Assembly (NCBI RefSeq): GCF_056712565.1
Contig: NZ_CM160072.1
DNA: 64,000 nucleotides
Direction: 5' to 3' (one strand)
Shown here: piece after piece, positions 50,868-63,531 of the stretch
How the letters are laid out: each line of letters starts with the position of its first letter
Position numbering within the stretch: position 1 is the stretch's first letter
Translations under genes and position numbers: made by a program
The notes under the pieces: generated by a model
What the model was told of the DNA's origin: nothing
What the model saw: only the letters and a program-made list of their open reading frames with translations
Databases searched by the model: none

Positions 50868-51605
50868 GTGAAAGTCATCATTGTTGAAGACGAATTCCTG
50901 GCACAACAGGAACTGAGCTGGCTAATTAAAGAGCACAGCCAGATGGAGATTGTCGGCACCTTTGACGACGGTCTGGACGTGTTGAAGTTTTTGCAGCATA
51001 ACCGCGTCGACGCCATTTTTCTGGATATCAATATTCCGTCGCTGGACGGTGTGTTGCTGGCGCAAAACATCAGCCAGTTCGCCCATAAACCGTTTATTGT
51101 ATTCATCACCGCGTGGAAAGAACATGCGGTGGAAGCATTTGAACTGGAAGCGTTTGACTACATTCTCAAACCGTATCAGGAGTCACGCATTACCGGGATG
51201 CTGCAAAAACTGGAAGCAGCCTGGCAACAACAGCAGACCAGCAGTACGACACCTGCCGCGACGGTAACGCGTGAGAATGACACCATTAATCTGGTGAAAG
51301 ATGAGCGAATCATCGTCACGCCAATTAACGATATCTATTACGCCGAAGCGCACGAGAAAATGACCTTTGTCTATACGCGGCGTGAATCCTACGTAATGCC
51401 GATGAACATTACCGAGTTTTGCAGCAAGCTGCCGCCGTCGCATTTTTTCCGCTGCCATCGCTCATTTTGTGTCAATCTGAACAAAATACGCGAAATCGAA
51501 CCGTGGTTTAATAACACCTACATTCTGCGGCTGAAAGATCTGGATTTTGAAGTGCCGGTCAGCCGTAGCAAAGTTAAAGAATTCCGCCAGTTAATGCATC
51601 TGTAA
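50868..51605 (+). CDS. ypdB: LytTR response regulator YpdB
   Basis: GTG start MKVIIVEDEFLAQQEL..., receiver plus LytTR. Confidence 0.9.
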   Translation: MKVIIVEDEFLAQQELSWLIKEHSQMEIVGTFDDGLDVLKFLQHNRVDAIFLDINIPSLDGVLLAQNISQFAHKPFIVFITAWKEHAVEAFELEAFDYILKPYQESRITGMLQKLEAAWQQQQTSSTTPAATVTRENDTINLVKDERIIVTPINDIYYAEAHEKMTFVYTRRESYVMPMNITEFCSKLPPSHFFRCHRSFCVNLNKIREIEPWFNNTYILRLKDLDFEVPVSRSKVKEFRQLMHL

Positions 51606-51617
51606 TCGGGAACTTTC

Positions 51618-52475
51618 ATGAAAGCACCAGGCTTGCCCGCCGATCAACAATTTTTCGCCGATCTGTTCAGCGGCCTGGTGCTTAACCCGCAACTCCTTGG
51701 GCGCGTCTGGTTTGCCAGCCACCCCGCCTCATTGCCAGTGGGCAGTTTATGTATTGATTTTCCCCGTCTGGATATCGTGCTACGCGGCGAATACGGCAAT
51801 CTGCTGGAAGCAAAGCAGCAACGTATGGTGGAAGGAGAAATGCTGTTTATTCCGGCACGCGCGGCTAATTTACCGGTCAACAACAAACCGGTGATGCTGT
51901 TAAGCCTGGTGTTCGCACCGACCTGGCTTGGCTTATCATTTTACGATAGCCGCACCACGTCGTTGTTACATCCTGCTCGCCAGATCCAACTTCCCAGCCT
52001 GCAACGCGGCGAAGGTGAAGCGATGCTTACCGCCCTCACCCATCTTAGCCGTTCGCCGCTGGAGCAGAATATCATTCAGCCACTGGTGTTAAGTTTGCTG
52101 CATCTTTGCCGTAACGTGGTGAATATGCCGCCGGGCAATTCGCAGCCGCGCGGCGATTTTCTCTATCACAGCATTTGTAACTGGGTTCAGGATAATTATG
52201 CCCAGCCGCTCACCCGCGAGAGCGTGGCTCAGTTTTTTAATATCACGCCCAATCATCTGTCAAAACTGTTTGCTCAGCATGGAACAATGCGTTTTATCGA
52301 GTATGTTCGCTGGGTACGAATGGCAAAGGCAAGGATGATTTTGCAGAAATATCATCTGTCGATTCATGATGTGGCACAGCGTTGCGGTTTTCCGGACAGC
52401 GACTATTTTTGTCGCGTTTTCCGGCGTCAGTTTGGCCTGACGCCGGGAGAGTACAGCGCCCGTTTTCAGGGCTAA
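51618..52475 (+). CDS. ypdC: AraC-family regulator YpdC
   Basis: 285 aa with a C-terminal AraC helix-turn-helix. Confidence 0.9.
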   Translation: MKAPGLPADQQFFADLFSGLVLNPQLLGRVWFASHPASLPVGSLCIDFPRLDIVLRGEYGNLLEAKQQRMVEGEMLFIPARAANLPVNNKPVMLLSLVFAPTWLGLSFYDSRTTSLLHPARQIQLPSLQRGEGEAMLTALTHLSRSPLEQNIIQPLVLSLLHLCRNVVNMPPGNSQPRGDFLYHSICNWVQDNYAQPLTRESVAQFFNITPNHLSKLFAQHGTMRFIEYVRWVRMAKARMILQKYHLSIHDVAQRCGFPDSDYFCRVFRRQFGLTPGEYSARFQG

Positions 52476-52477
52476 CG

Positions 52478-54973
52478 TCAGAAGGTTAATTCCGTTTCCA
52501 GCAGCGTCAGGATGCTTTGCGCATCTTGCGCGGCAAACAACGACTGGCGGAAGTTTTTATTCACCAGTTTGCGCGCCAGCTGCGAGAAGACTTTCACATG
52601 ATTCATCCCTTCGTTAGCGCCCAGCGTCAGCATGATCACCAGTTCGACTTCGCCCATTTCTGACTGCCAGTCAACCGGTTTCACCAACCGGGCAATGCTG
52701 ATACTGGAATGACGGATCCACTGTGATTTGGTGTGCGGGATCGCCACGCCAAAACCAACGCCAGTAGTAACAATCTCTTCCCGCTGCCAGACATCTTCTT
52801 CCAGCTCGAACGGATGTTCAGTACGCCCGTTAACACCGAGGTTACCGCACAGGAACTGGATCGCCTGCTCTTTATTACTAAAGGACTGATCAACAAAGAT
52901 ATTCTCTAGTGCCAGCAGTGGGCGAACGTCTTCTTCCGGCGCAAACGCGGTAAGTAACGCTTCAATTTCCTGCGCGCTGCGGCACTCGCACGCCTGACGC
53001 GCCAGTTCCCGACACGCCTCGCTATCCAGTTGACGAAGCTGGCTTTTCACTGCCGGAATACGCGGGCTACTCATGCTTAGCTCATCCAGGCCCAGCCCTA
53101 GCAGTAGCGGCAGATAACGACTTTCACCGCCCAGTTCACCGCAAATACCTACCCATTTGCCGCGCTGATGCGCAGCGGTAACAATCTGCTGCAACATGCG
53201 CAGGAACGATGGCGTAATCGGGTTATACAGCGGCGATACGCGCGGGTTATTACGATCGACCGCATACAGATACTGGGTCATATCGTTGGAGCCGATACTG
53301 AAGAAATCGACCTCATCGCAGAAGTGGTCGATGATGTAGCACACCGACGGCACTTCCACCATGATACCCAGCGTAATCGTCTCTGCATGACGCAGGCCAT
53401 CGCGCTTAAGCTCAACGATCGCTTTTTGGATCTCACCCTTCACCCATAAGATCTGATCGAGACTGTGGACCATTGGGATCATCAACTGGGCGTTGCCGAA
53501 ACTGGCAGCGCGCAAAATCGCCCGCAATTGAGTACGGAACAGGCCAGCAAATTCCGGGTAAATACGTACCGCGCGATAGCCGAGGAACGGGTTCTCTTCC
53601 TGGGGAATGTTGAGGTAAGGAATGCTTTTATCGCCACCGATGTCCATCGTGCGGAAGATAATCGGCTTGTCGCCCGCCGCCAGTAGCACCTGCTGGTACG
53701 CTTCAAACTGTTCCTGCTCGTCCGGCGCGCTGTCGCGATCCATATAGAGCATTTCGGTACGAAACAGCCCAACGCCTTCCGCGCCGTTGGCAAACGCGCC
53801 TGGGGCTTCCAGAGCTGTGCCAATATTCGCCGCAATATCAATACGCTTTTTATCACGGGAATAGGCCAGCTGCGCGGCAGCTTGCGCCTGTTGTTTTTGG
53901 CGTTTATCCGCCAGCGTCTGCGCCACCTGGTAATAACCGCTCACCGCATCGTTGGGATTAATTGCCAGTACGCCGCACTGGGCATCAAGCACTGCAGGTT
54001 GCCCGGCATAACGGGCAATCGCATCCAGCGGCAGGCCGCTCAGTACCGGGATCGCCGAAGCGCGGGCCAGAATCAGGGTATGCGAGGTGCGCCCGGTTTT
54101 CTCCAGAATCATGCCCGCAAGATTTTTTAAATCGAGGCTCAAAAACTGGCTTGGGGTTAAATCTTCAGCCACCAGAATGGTCGGTTTTTCAAGCACCAGA
54201 TTATTGCGCGGTTTTAGTTCCGGCCAGGTGATATGCAGCAACTGTTCGCTGATATCGCGAATGTCGCTGACCCGCTCGCGCAGATAATCGCTGGCAGAAG
54301 CAGAAAGTTTGGCACAAATCTGCTCCATATTGCTGATGATCGCCGCCCCCAGCCCCTGATGCTGTTCTGCCATCAGGTGACGGATATTGCCTGCAAATTC
54401 ATCATCCTGAATCAGCGACAAATGGGCGCTGAGGATAGTTTTGCTTTCGCCGTCACGCTCACGCAATTGCTGGTTCAGTTGCTCGGCAAGCGTTGCCAGA
54501 CTGTGCTCCAGTAGGGTGGAATCTTGCGCACTCGCAGGGATCACCCGATAACTGTCGAGGCTGTCGCTCTGTAACAGGGTCAGTGTACCCACGCCAACGC
54601 CGCTTGCCAGCACGTTGCCGTATAGTAAATCCGGGTTCAGGCGGCTTAATGAACTCGGCAGCGGATGCGCCGTCAGTTCTGCCAGCGTCGGCTGGACGCT
54701 ATCGCTGTCGATAAAGCGCACCTGGATATACTCTTCCAGCACTCGCCGCGCCTGCTCTTCATCGCTACCGCTAATGTTCAGGCTGCAACTGTCATTAAAT
54801 AAAGTGCCAGTGCCAATCAGCGCCAGCGAGCTTTTCGCATCGGCCTTTGCGTTCTGGCGATGGTTAATAAAAGTGATTTCGCTTTGCCACTGGCTGCACT
54901 GCTCTTTAAGTTCCCACGCCGGACGAGCATGTAGACCGTTAGGCAAAGGACAGAGAAATTGAATCGTTAACAT
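52478..54973 (-). CDS. fryA: PTS multiphosphoryl transfer protein FryA (HPr-EI-EIIA)
   Basis: 831 aa. Confidence 0.95.
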   Translation of the reverse strand: MLTIQFLCPLPNGLHARPAWELKEQCSQWQSEITFINHRQNAKADAKSSLALIGTGTLFNDSCSLNISGSDEEQARRVLEEYIQVRFIDSDSVQPTLAELTAHPLPSSLSRLNPDLLYGNVLASGVGVGTLTLLQSDSLDSYRVIPASAQDSTLLEHSLATLAEQLNQQLRERDGESKTILSAHLSLIQDDEFAGNIRHLMAEQHQGLGAAIISNMEQICAKLSASASDYLRERVSDIRDISEQLLHITWPELKPRNNLVLEKPTILVAEDLTPSQFLSLDLKNLAGMILEKTGRTSHTLILARASAIPVLSGLPLDAIARYAGQPAVLDAQCGVLAINPNDAVSGYYQVAQTLADKRQKQQAQAAAQLAYSRDKKRIDIAANIGTALEAPGAFANGAEGVGLFRTEMLYMDRDSAPDEQEQFEAYQQVLLAAGDKPIIFRTMDIGGDKSIPYLNIPQEENPFLGYRAVRIYPEFAGLFRTQLRAILRAASFGNAQLMIPMVHSLDQILWVKGEIQKAIVELKRDGLRHAETITLGIMVEVPSVCYIIDHFCDEVDFFSIGSNDMTQYLYAVDRNNPRVSPLYNPITPSFLRMLQQIVTAAHQRGKWVGICGELGGESRYLPLLLGLGLDELSMSSPRIPAVKSQLRQLDSEACRELARQACECRSAQEIEALLTAFAPEEDVRPLLALENIFVDQSFSNKEQAIQFLCGNLGVNGRTEHPFELEEDVWQREEIVTTGVGFGVAIPHTKSQWIRHSSISIARLVKPVDWQSEMGEVELVIMLTLGANEGMNHVKVFSQLARKLVNKNFRQSLFAAQDAQSILTLLETELTF

Positions 54974-54997
54974 AACCGCTCCGGGTTAATCAGGAGA

Positions 54998-56035
54998 TCA
55001 TCTGAAATCCGTCAGTTGAACAACCGTCTCACGCGTAAAACGTTGAATAAGGGCAGATAAAAGTTGCTGCATCTGCAAAATGTCGCGGCAGTCGGCAATC
55101 GATGCGGCGCAATGTCCGTGGCGGGTTGCTGGCCCCATCACCACTGTGGGTACGCCAGTGCCGGTTAAGTGCACCGCCCCACCGTCCGTGCCGCCATTGC
55201 TGAACATATCTGACTGCAACGGTACGCCAATTTCTGCCGCCACGGTTTCGATCCAGGCGATAAGTTTTGGCGGCGCAATCAGTGACTTGTCGCTTAACAC
55301 CAGCATCGGCCCGTTACCAATCTGGCGATGGTTAGCTGCGCCATAATCAAAGTTTTTCGCCCAGCAGGCGGTATCAAGCACAATGGCGACATCCGGCGAC
55401 ACCGCGCGGGTGGCAGTTTGCCCGCCGCGTAATCCCACCTCTTCGCTGGAACTTGCCACCAGCCACACTTCCGCAGGCAGTTCGGCGTCGTGCAGCTCAC
55501 GCAGTAACGTCACCAGCAGATAGCAACCGAGGCGGTCATCAAAGGCTTTCCCCATCACCCGCTGGTGAGGGAGAACCTGAAAAGTGGTATCGAAGGTAAC
55601 GCGATCGCCTGGACGAATTCCTGCCTGCATCACTTCGTCACAGGAGCGCGCGCCAATGTCCACGCGCATGGCGCTGACGTCATTCCCCTGCCGATCGCCG
55701 TCAAGCAGGCCTGGAATTTTGCACTCTTCACGGGTAGTGATACGCACCGACTGAAGCTGGCGGGCAGCCATGCGTACATTGCCAACCGGCAACACATCGA
55801 TCGCCCCTTCGCGGGAGATGCTGCGCACCATAAATCCCACTTCGTCCATATGCGCACAGATCATCACCTTCGGACCTGTCGACTCATTGAGTCGGATCAG
55901 CACCGATCCCAGACCATCAAATCGCACTTCTTTTTGCAGGCGATCCGCTTCTTCCAGCAGGATCTGCCGCACTTCCTGTTCCGAGGAGGCGATCGCATCT
56001 GCCTCGCTCAACGCTTTTAATAGCGATAAATCCAT
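54998..56035 (-). CDS. ypdE: M42 aminopeptidase YpdE
   Basis: 345 aa. Confidence 0.9.
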   Translation of the reverse strand: MDLSLLKALSEADAIASSEQEVRQILLEEADRLQKEVRFDGLGSVLIRLNESTGPKVMICAHMDEVGFMVRSISREGAIDVLPVGNVRMAARQLQSVRITTREECKIPGLLDGDRQGNDVSAMRVDIGARSCDEVMQAGIRPGDRVTFDTTFQVLPHQRVMGKAFDDRLGCYLLVTLLRELHDAELPAEVWLVASSSEEVGLRGGQTATRAVSPDVAIVLDTACWAKNFDYGAANHRQIGNGPMLVLSDKSLIAPPKLIAWIETVAAEIGVPLQSDMFSNGGTDGGAVHLTGTGVPTVVMGPATRHGHCAASIADCRDILQMQQLLSALIQRFTRETVVQLTDFR

Positions 56036-57120
56036 TATGCCTCTCCCGTGAGCAACACTGTTTTCGGCATGGCGTAGAGCACCTCTGCGCCTTGCGGGGT
56101 AACCAGCACAACATCTTCGATGCGCACGCCCCCTTGCCCTGGCAAATAAATCCCTGGCTCCACGGTCAGTAACATACCTGGCTGTAGCGTCGTGGTGTCC
56201 CGCGGTGAAAAACGCGGATCTTCATGGACTTCAATGCCGATAGCATGACCGGTGTTATGGCCGAAATAGTCGCCATAACCGGCTTCTGTAATCACCCGGC
56301 GCGCGGCATCGTCAACCTGCTGGCAGCGCACGCCGGGGCGAATCGCGGAGATTGCTGCGAGCTGTGCCTGCAGGACAATTTGATAGACGTTAAACAGCGG
56401 GTGAGATTCGGCGCTCACCCCTTCGCCATTCACCAGCAAGGTGCGCGTCATATCAGAGCAGTAGCCCTGATAGAGCGCACCGAAATCGAGAGTGACAAAC
56501 TCGCCCGCTGTAACAATCTTGTCGCTGGCTTTGCCGTGCGGCAGCGCCCCACGCCAGCCGCTGGCGACAATGGTGTCAAAAGAGGCTTTTTCTGCGCCCT
56601 GCCGGCGCATAAACCACTCCAGTTCAGCGGCTATCTCGCATTCGCTCATTCCCGCCTGAATAAAGCGGCGAATATGCTCTGCGCCACGATCGGCAATCCC
56701 GCAGGCAAGGCGGATTTTCTCCACCTCTTCTGGCGTTTTGATTTGCCGCAGCACATCCGGCGTGGCGCTCACCAGTTTCGCATTGAGTTCGGACTGCCAG
56801 CGGTGCGCGGTTTCCCAACTCACCTGCTGGCCTTCAAAACCGAGCGTTTGCAACTGCTCATCGGCAATGATTTGTCTGACGATGGTGGCAAGCGTGTGCA
56901 TCGCGTCGAGCAAATGCAGCTGGTAACCTTGCGTGCGGGCTTCTACATCCGCGTAATAGCGCGAATCCACCAGAATGTGCGCACTTTCACGGCTAATCAC
57001 CACATAACCTGATCCGGTGGAGATCCCCAGATGCGGCTGTTTGTTCTGCCGTGAGGAGAGAAGCACCGCATCCAGTTGTTGTGCCTTAAGCCAGTCACGC
57101 AGCGAAGCGAGTAATGTCAT
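56035..57120 (-). CDS. ypdF: Xaa-Pro aminopeptidase YpdF
   Basis: 361 aa, M24 family. Confidence 0.9.
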   Translation of the reverse strand: MTLLASLRDWLKAQQLDAVLLSSRQNKQPHLGISTGSGYVVISRESAHILVDSRYYADVEARTQGYQLHLLDAMHTLATIVRQIIADEQLQTLGFEGQQVSWETAHRWQSELNAKLVSATPDVLRQIKTPEEVEKIRLACGIADRGAEHIRRFIQAGMSECEIAAELEWFMRRQGAEKASFDTIVASGWRGALPHGKASDKIVTAGEFVTLDFGALYQGYCSDMTRTLLVNGEGVSAESHPLFNVYQIVLQAQLAAISAIRPGVRCQQVDDAARRVITEAGYGDYFGHNTGHAIGIEVHEDPRFSPRDTTTLQPGMLLTVEPGIYLPGQGGVRIEDVVLVTPQGAEVLYAMPKTVLLTGEA

Positions 57121-57135
57121 CTGGATTTTTCCTTC

Positions 57136-58383
57136 TTACAGGCTATCGATTAACAATTTGCCTTTACGGAACATCATCAGACGCAGGAACACCACCATCA
57201 GCGCAGTTATGACTGCCCCCAGCGCGATCCCCGCCATGTAGACGCCGAGGTTAGTGACCAGCGGCCATGCCCAGATAGCGGACTCCGGGAACCATTGCAC
57301 TGCGCCCAGCCAGACTGCGGCGGTTGAGCCGACAATCGCGCCAACCATATACGACGGAATGGCGGTGATAGGGCTTTCCAGTGCAAACGGAATCGCACCC
57401 TCACTGATCCCCATAAAGGCAAGGAACATCGCGGTCTTACCCTGCGGATAAAGCTGGGCGTTGAACAAGCGTTTGCCAGTTAAGCGACGATCGATAATGG
57501 TCGCCAGACCCAGACCAATCGGCGGAATAACGATAGCGATAGAACGTGCAGTGACCGGTAATACGTGGTCAGTGGTAAAGCTGAAGGCAACGAAACCTGC
57601 CGCTTTGTTGATCGGGCCACCAAGGTCGATTGCTGTCGCCGCGGCGATCCCCATTGCGTACATCAGCGCGCCCTTCTCACCTGCAGCGGTCAGCACGGTA
57701 CGGATACCGCCGTTGATCCAGCCACCAAAGGGGGTGATGACGTAGTACATCGCCAGCATGACAAAAATGGCGGAAAGAATCGGTAGCAAAAATGTGGTTT
57801 TGAACGCTAACAGGAAATCCGGTAACTGGATTTTCTGGTTCATCCATTTCACAAGGTAACCGGCAACGATAGAAATAATCAGCGCACCAATGAAGGTGGA
57901 CGGCACCGGCGAAGAGGTCGCCCATTGCATAATGCTGGGATCGAAGTTCAGCAGTTGCGTCGGCTGGGTAGACATCAAGCCGCCGATAAAACCAGCCGGG
58001 AACGCCAGTTTGCCACCGATAGAGTTCGCCACAAAAGCAGCAAACATCGGAATGGCAAAACCAAACAACACGCCGCCGAAGGATTGCGACAGCCAGGCAA
58101 ATTTAAGTAAGGAGAGGTCGAAACCAGAGAATTTCCCGCTATTAAGAGCATCCATGATGCCGATATCAGCAGGAATTTTAAGCCAGCTATAAGCAATCAG
58201 CTGACTGAAAGCGAGGATCACACCGCCCATAATTAAGGTCGGCACCATGCGTGAAATCCCTGACATCACATGCTGCGGGAGTTCACCCCAGAAGCTGGAT
58301 TTAGAGGCCTGCGGATTCTTAACTGCCGCTGCCGCACCGGATGCGCCATGCACAACGGTTGCACTGCGTTTTTTAATGGCCAT
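57136..58383 (-). CDS. fryC: PTS fructose-like EIIC FryC
   Basis: 415 aa polytopic membrane protein. Confidence 0.9.
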   Translation of the reverse strand: MAIKKRSATVVHGASGAAAAVKNPQASKSSFWGELPQHVMSGISRMVPTLIMGGVILAFSQLIAYSWLKIPADIGIMDALNSGKFSGFDLSLLKFAWLSQSFGGVLFGFAIPMFAAFVANSIGGKLAFPAGFIGGLMSTQPTQLLNFDPSIMQWATSSPVPSTFIGALIISIVAGYLVKWMNQKIQLPDFLLAFKTTFLLPILSAIFVMLAMYYVITPFGGWINGGIRTVLTAAGEKGALMYAMGIAAATAIDLGGPINKAAGFVAFSFTTDHVLPVTARSIAIVIPPIGLGLATIIDRRLTGKRLFNAQLYPQGKTAMFLAFMGISEGAIPFALESPITAIPSYMVGAIVGSTAAVWLGAVQWFPESAIWAWPLVTNLGVYMAGIALGAVITALMVVFLRLMMFRKGKLLIDSL

Positions 58384-58404
58384 AACAATTATCCCTGTCG
58401 AATA

Positions 58405-58731
58405 TTACTGTTGTTCAGAGGCAATCATCTCTTCGATTTCTTTGATGATTCCCGCAGCGTTTTTAATTGCGTCCTGCAAAGTGATTTCATAAACGTCGCG
58501 TGATTCGAAACGTTCGTTATCTTCCGGGGTAACTGCCACGGAGTGGATGATGATGGTCGCTTCGGCGATATCCTGCGCCGTCAGGCGATTCTGGATACCG
58601 TCCGCGCCCTGGGTTTCAATTTTCACTTCATAACCGGCTTCTACCGCCGCTTCTTCCAGCGCCTGAGCGGCCATAAAAGTGTGAGCCAGGCCCATTGGGC
58701 AGGCACATAAGGCAATCAGTTTCTTACTCAT
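58405..58731 (-). CDS. fryB: PTS fructose-like EIIB FryB
   Basis: 108 aa from MSKKLIALCACPMG... Confidence 0.9.
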   Translation of the reverse strand: MSKKLIALCACPMGLAHTFMAAQALEEAAVEAGYEVKIETQGADGIQNRLTAQDIAEATIIIHSVAVTPEDNERFESRDVYEITLQDAIKNAAGIIKEIEEMIASEQQ

Positions 58732-58949
58732 CGTTAATTCCTCGTTCAGTGATAGTTGACGAGTGGAATTATGAACGTGCAAAACAAATCGCCGTTACCA
58801 GACAAATAATGCATTTACTGGAGAATTAATCCCGCTGTACGGAAGTGTGACGCAGGTCGGCCTTGTGAGGGGGACACAAAGAAAATTTAATTAACTGTAT
58901 GATTTAAAAGATTATCGGGAGAGTTACCTCCCGATATAACAGGAAGGAT

Positions 58950-59915
58950 TTAGAGAATGTGACCTAAGGTCTGGCGTAAATGTGCACCGGAACCGAGAAG
59001 GCCCGGATTGTCATGGACGATGAGATACACCGGAATATCATGGACATATTCTTTAAAGCGCCCTTTATCTTCAAATGCGGCGCGGAAACCAGAGGCTTTG
59101 AAGAACTCAAGGAAGCGCGGCACGATACCACCCGCAATAAACACGCCGCCAAATGTCCCGAGATTGAGCGCCAGATTGCCGCCAAAACGGCCCATAATGA
59201 CGCAAAACAGCGACAACGCGCGGCGGCAATCGGTGCAGCTGTCAGCCAGCGCGCGTTCGGTAATATCTTTTGGCTTGAGATTTTCTGGCAGGCGGTTGTC
59301 GGCTTTAACAATTGCGCGATACAAATTCACCAGTCCAGGGCCAGAAAGCACGCGTTCCGCCGAAACATGACCAATTTCCGCACGCAATATTTCGAGGATA
59401 ATGCCCTCTTCTTCACTATTCGGCGCAAAATCAACGTGACCGCCTTCTCCTGGCAAGCTTACCCAACGCTTATCGACATGGACCAGATGCGCAACCCCAA
59501 GCCCTGTTCCGGCACCGTAAACCGCAATAGGCTTACCTTCTACCGGTTCTGCGCCACCAAACTGAATCAGATGCTCTTTTTTCAGCATCGGGATCGCCAT
59601 CGATACAGCAGTAAAATCGTTAATAATTTCCAGATGGCTAAAACCGAGATTCTTTTTCATTTCGGCAATTGAGAACGCCCAGGTATGGTTGGTCATTGCC
59701 ACCCAGTCACCGGTAATTGGGCAAGCGATGGCAATACAGCCGTCTTTCACCTCGACCTTATGTTCTTCAAGATAAACGCGAATGACCGCTTCGAGGCTGG
59801 GGTAATCAAGCCCTGAATAGGTCTTAGCCTGCGAGATTTCACCACTGGCAATATCACACAGAGCAAGACGTGCGTTGGTGCCGCCCACATCACCGACTAA
59901 TGCATACTTTGTCAT
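58950..59915 (-). CDS. glk: Glucokinase
   Basis: 321 aa, [19 protein letters not shown]... Confidence 0.95.
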   Translation of the reverse strand: MTKYALVGDVGGTNARLALCDIASGEISQAKTYSGLDYPSLEAVIRVYLEEHKVEVKDGCIAIACPITGDWVAMTNHTWAFSIAEMKKNLGFSHLEIINDFTAVSMAIPMLKKEHLIQFGGAEPVEGKPIAVYGAGTGLGVAHLVHVDKRWVSLPGEGGHVDFAPNSEEEGIILEILRAEIGHVSAERVLSGPGLVNLYRAIVKADNRLPENLKPKDITERALADSCTDCRRALSLFCVIMGRFGGNLALNLGTFGGVFIAGGIVPRFLEFFKASGFRAAFEDKGRFKEYVHDIPVYLIVHDNPGLLGSGAHLRQTLGHIL

Positions 59916-60118
59916 TCTTCAACTGCTCCGCTAAAGTCAAAATAATTCTTTCTCACACTGTAAATACCTAGGGGCATAACAACAACGCCGGAAAGGCAGG
60001 CTCCCTGTAAATATCGATCTGGGTCACACAATTACTTTATCGTTTCAGCACCAATTGCAGCGATGCCTTTTTGCAAGCTGGGCAAACTAAGTATCTGACC
60101 CCGCATAAGGAATAGAAC

Positions 60119-61375
60119 ATGCTCCATCCGCGAGCCAGAACCATGTTGTTATTATCGCTCCCCGCCGTGGCAATTGGGATTGCGTCCAGTCTTATTCTGA
60201 TTATGGTGATGAAAATCGCCTCGGTATTACAGAATTTGCTCTGGCAACGACTGCCGGGAACTCTGGGGATAGCCCAGGATTCACCTCTCTGGATCATCGG
60301 TGTATTAACGCTAACGGGTATTGCGGTGGGGTTGGTTATCCGTTTCAGCCAGGGTCATGCCGGACCAGACCCCGCCTGTGAACCGCTTATCGGCGCACCG
60401 GTTCCGCCCTCTGCGCTACCAGGACTTATCGTAGCATTAATTCTCGGTCTTGCTGGCGGCGTCAGCCTGGGGCCGGAACATCCGATCATGACCGTCAATA
60501 TCGCCCTTGCCGTCGCCATTGGCGCTCGTCTGTTACCGCGCGTCAACCGAATGGAGTGGACTATTTTAGCCTCTGCCGGAACTATCGGCGCGCTGTTTGG
60601 CACACCTGTTGCGGCGGCATTGATATTTTCGCAAACCTTAAATGGCAGTAATGAAGTTCCGCTATGGGATCGTCTCTTTGCGCCGTTAATGGCGGCAGCA
60701 GCTGGTGCACTTACTACCGGATTATTTTTCCATCCTCATTTTTCACTGCCCATTGCGCATTACGGACAGATGGAAATGACCGATATTCTCAGCGGTGCAA
60801 TTGTCGCGGCGATTGCCATCGCAGCAGGGATGGTCGCCGTATGGTGCTTACCACGGTTGCACGCGATGATGCATCAAATGAAAAATCCGGTGTTCGTGCT
60901 GGGTATTGGCGGACTTATTCTCGGTATTCTGGGGGTTATTGGTGGACCGGTTTCGCTGTTTAAAGGGCTGGATGAGATGCAGCAGATGGTGGCAAATCAG
61001 GCTTTCAGCACCAGCGATTACTTTTTGCTGGCGGTGATAAAACTTGCCGCCCTGGTCGTTGCTGCCGCCAGTGGCTTTCGCGGTGGGCGAATCTTCCCGG
61101 CAGTGTTTGTCGGCGTGGCATTAGGGTTGATGCTTCATGAGCACGTTCCCGCCGTTCCAGCGGCAATAACCGTTTCCTGCGCTATACTCGGCATCGTGCT
61201 GGTGGTAACACGCGATGGCTGGTTAAGTCTTTTTATGGCGGCAGTCGTTGTACCCAATACCACATTGCTACCGCTGCTCTGTATCGTCATGCTCCCGGCA
61301 TGGCTGTTATTAGCAGGTAAGCCGATGATGATGGTCAATCGTCAGAAGCAACAGCCACCCCACGATAACGTTTAG
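60119..61375 (+). CDS. yfeO: ClC-like voltage-gated chloride channel family protein YfeO
   Basis: 418 aa membrane protein. Confidence 0.9.
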   Translation: MLHPRARTMLLLSLPAVAIGIASSLILIMVMKIASVLQNLLWQRLPGTLGIAQDSPLWIIGVLTLTGIAVGLVIRFSQGHAGPDPACEPLIGAPVPPSALPGLIVALILGLAGGVSLGPEHPIMTVNIALAVAIGARLLPRVNRMEWTILASAGTIGALFGTPVAAALIFSQTLNGSNEVPLWDRLFAPLMAAAAGALTTGLFFHPHFSLPIAHYGQMEMTDILSGAIVAAIAIAAGMVAVWCLPRLHAMMHQMKNPVFVLGIGGLILGILGVIGGPVSLFKGLDEMQQMVANQAFSTSDYFLLAVIKLAALVVAAASGFRGGRIFPAVFVGVALGLMLHEHVPAVPAAITVSCAILGIVLVVTRDGWLSLFMAAVVVPNTTLLPLLCIVMLPAWLLLAGKPMMMVNRQKQQPPHDNV

Positions 61376-61489
61376 CAAAAAATGCTCTCCTTTATGATTT
61401 AAGAGTTATGGCGATGATACGGCGCTTTACCTCCCCGTAATATTGCGTTAACAGGCCGCTGACGGCTTCGATCGTGAAGGAGAATAACA

Positions 61490-61816
61490 ATGTTCAGGTC
61501 ACTGTTTCTGGCGGCCGCCCTGATGGCATTTACCCCGCTTGCGGCAAACGCAAGTGAAATCACCCTACTGCCATCAATCAAATTACAAATTGGCGATCGC
61601 GATCATTACGGTAATTACTGGGACGGTGGTCACTGGCGCGACCGTGACTACTGGCACCGCAATTATGAATGGCGTAAAAACCGCTGGTGGCGTCATGATA
61701 ATGGCTACCATCGTGGCTGGGATAAGCGTAAAGCGTATGAGCGTGGCTATCGTGAAGGCTGGCGCGATCGTGACGATCATCGTGGAAAAGGCCGCGGACA
61801 TGGACACCGCCATTAA
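61490..61816 (+). CDS. ypeC: Periplasmic repeat protein YpeC (DUF2502)
   Basis: 108 aa with a signal peptide and repeated RDRDYWHRN / RGW motifs. Confidence 0.85.
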   Translation: MFRSLFLAAALMAFTPLAANASEITLLPSIKLQIGDRDHYGNYWDGGHWRDRDYWHRNYEWRKNRWWRHDNGYHRGWDKRKAYERGYREGWRDRDDHRGKGRGHGHRH

Positions 61817-61837
61817 ACGCATCCGTCAATGGAGCAC

Positions 61838-61940
61838 AATGCCTGATGCGACGCTAGCGCGTCTTATCAGGCCTACAAACCAGCTCTTTAACGCGTAGGG
61901 CGGATAAAGCATTTACGCCGCATCCGCCAATGGTGCCAAA
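61838..61940. repeat. REP (repetitive extragenic palindrome) elements between ypeC and mntH
   Basis: GCCTGATGCGACGCTAGCGCGTCTTATCAGGCCTAC and a second REP-like copy GGCGGATAAAGCATTTACGCCGCATCCGCC. Confidence 0.7.
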
Positions 61941-61956
61941 TGCGACGCTCATTCAA

Positions 61957-63204
<1,248 letters not shown>

Positions 63205-63217
63205 CTAAAACATAGCC

Positions 63218-63239
63218 TTTGCTATGTTTCATGCTACGT
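63218..63239. promoter_or_regulatory. MntR operator (palindrome AAACATAGCCTTTGCTATGTTT) in the mntH promoter
   Basis: Perfect inverted repeat immediately upstream of mntH. Confidence 0.7.
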
Positions 63240-63244
63240 TAAAT

Positions 63245-63266
63245 GAGAATGATTATCAAACTCATT
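63245..63266. promoter_or_regulatory. Fur-box-like sequence in the mntH promoter
   Basis: GAGAATGATTATCAAACTCATT contains a GATAATGATAATCATTATC-like core. Confidence 0.35.
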
Positions 63267-63531
63267 TAAATGGGTTGTGATGATTTCTCTGATAGACCAG
63301 GATTATGACTACGAAAAGATAGATGACTCGAATGTTATGGTTATGTTTAATATTAGCACATTTACATAACCTTCCGCTTCCATACACAACATAGCAGAAA
63401 TGTATGACAGATCACTATTTTTGAAGCTTGTCACAGGACGTCATTATATTGTGTGTCAGATCTCGTTTTCCTTAACCATGTTACATAGAATGTGCACGGA
63501 AATTTAACCTGCCTCATATTTGGAGCAAATA

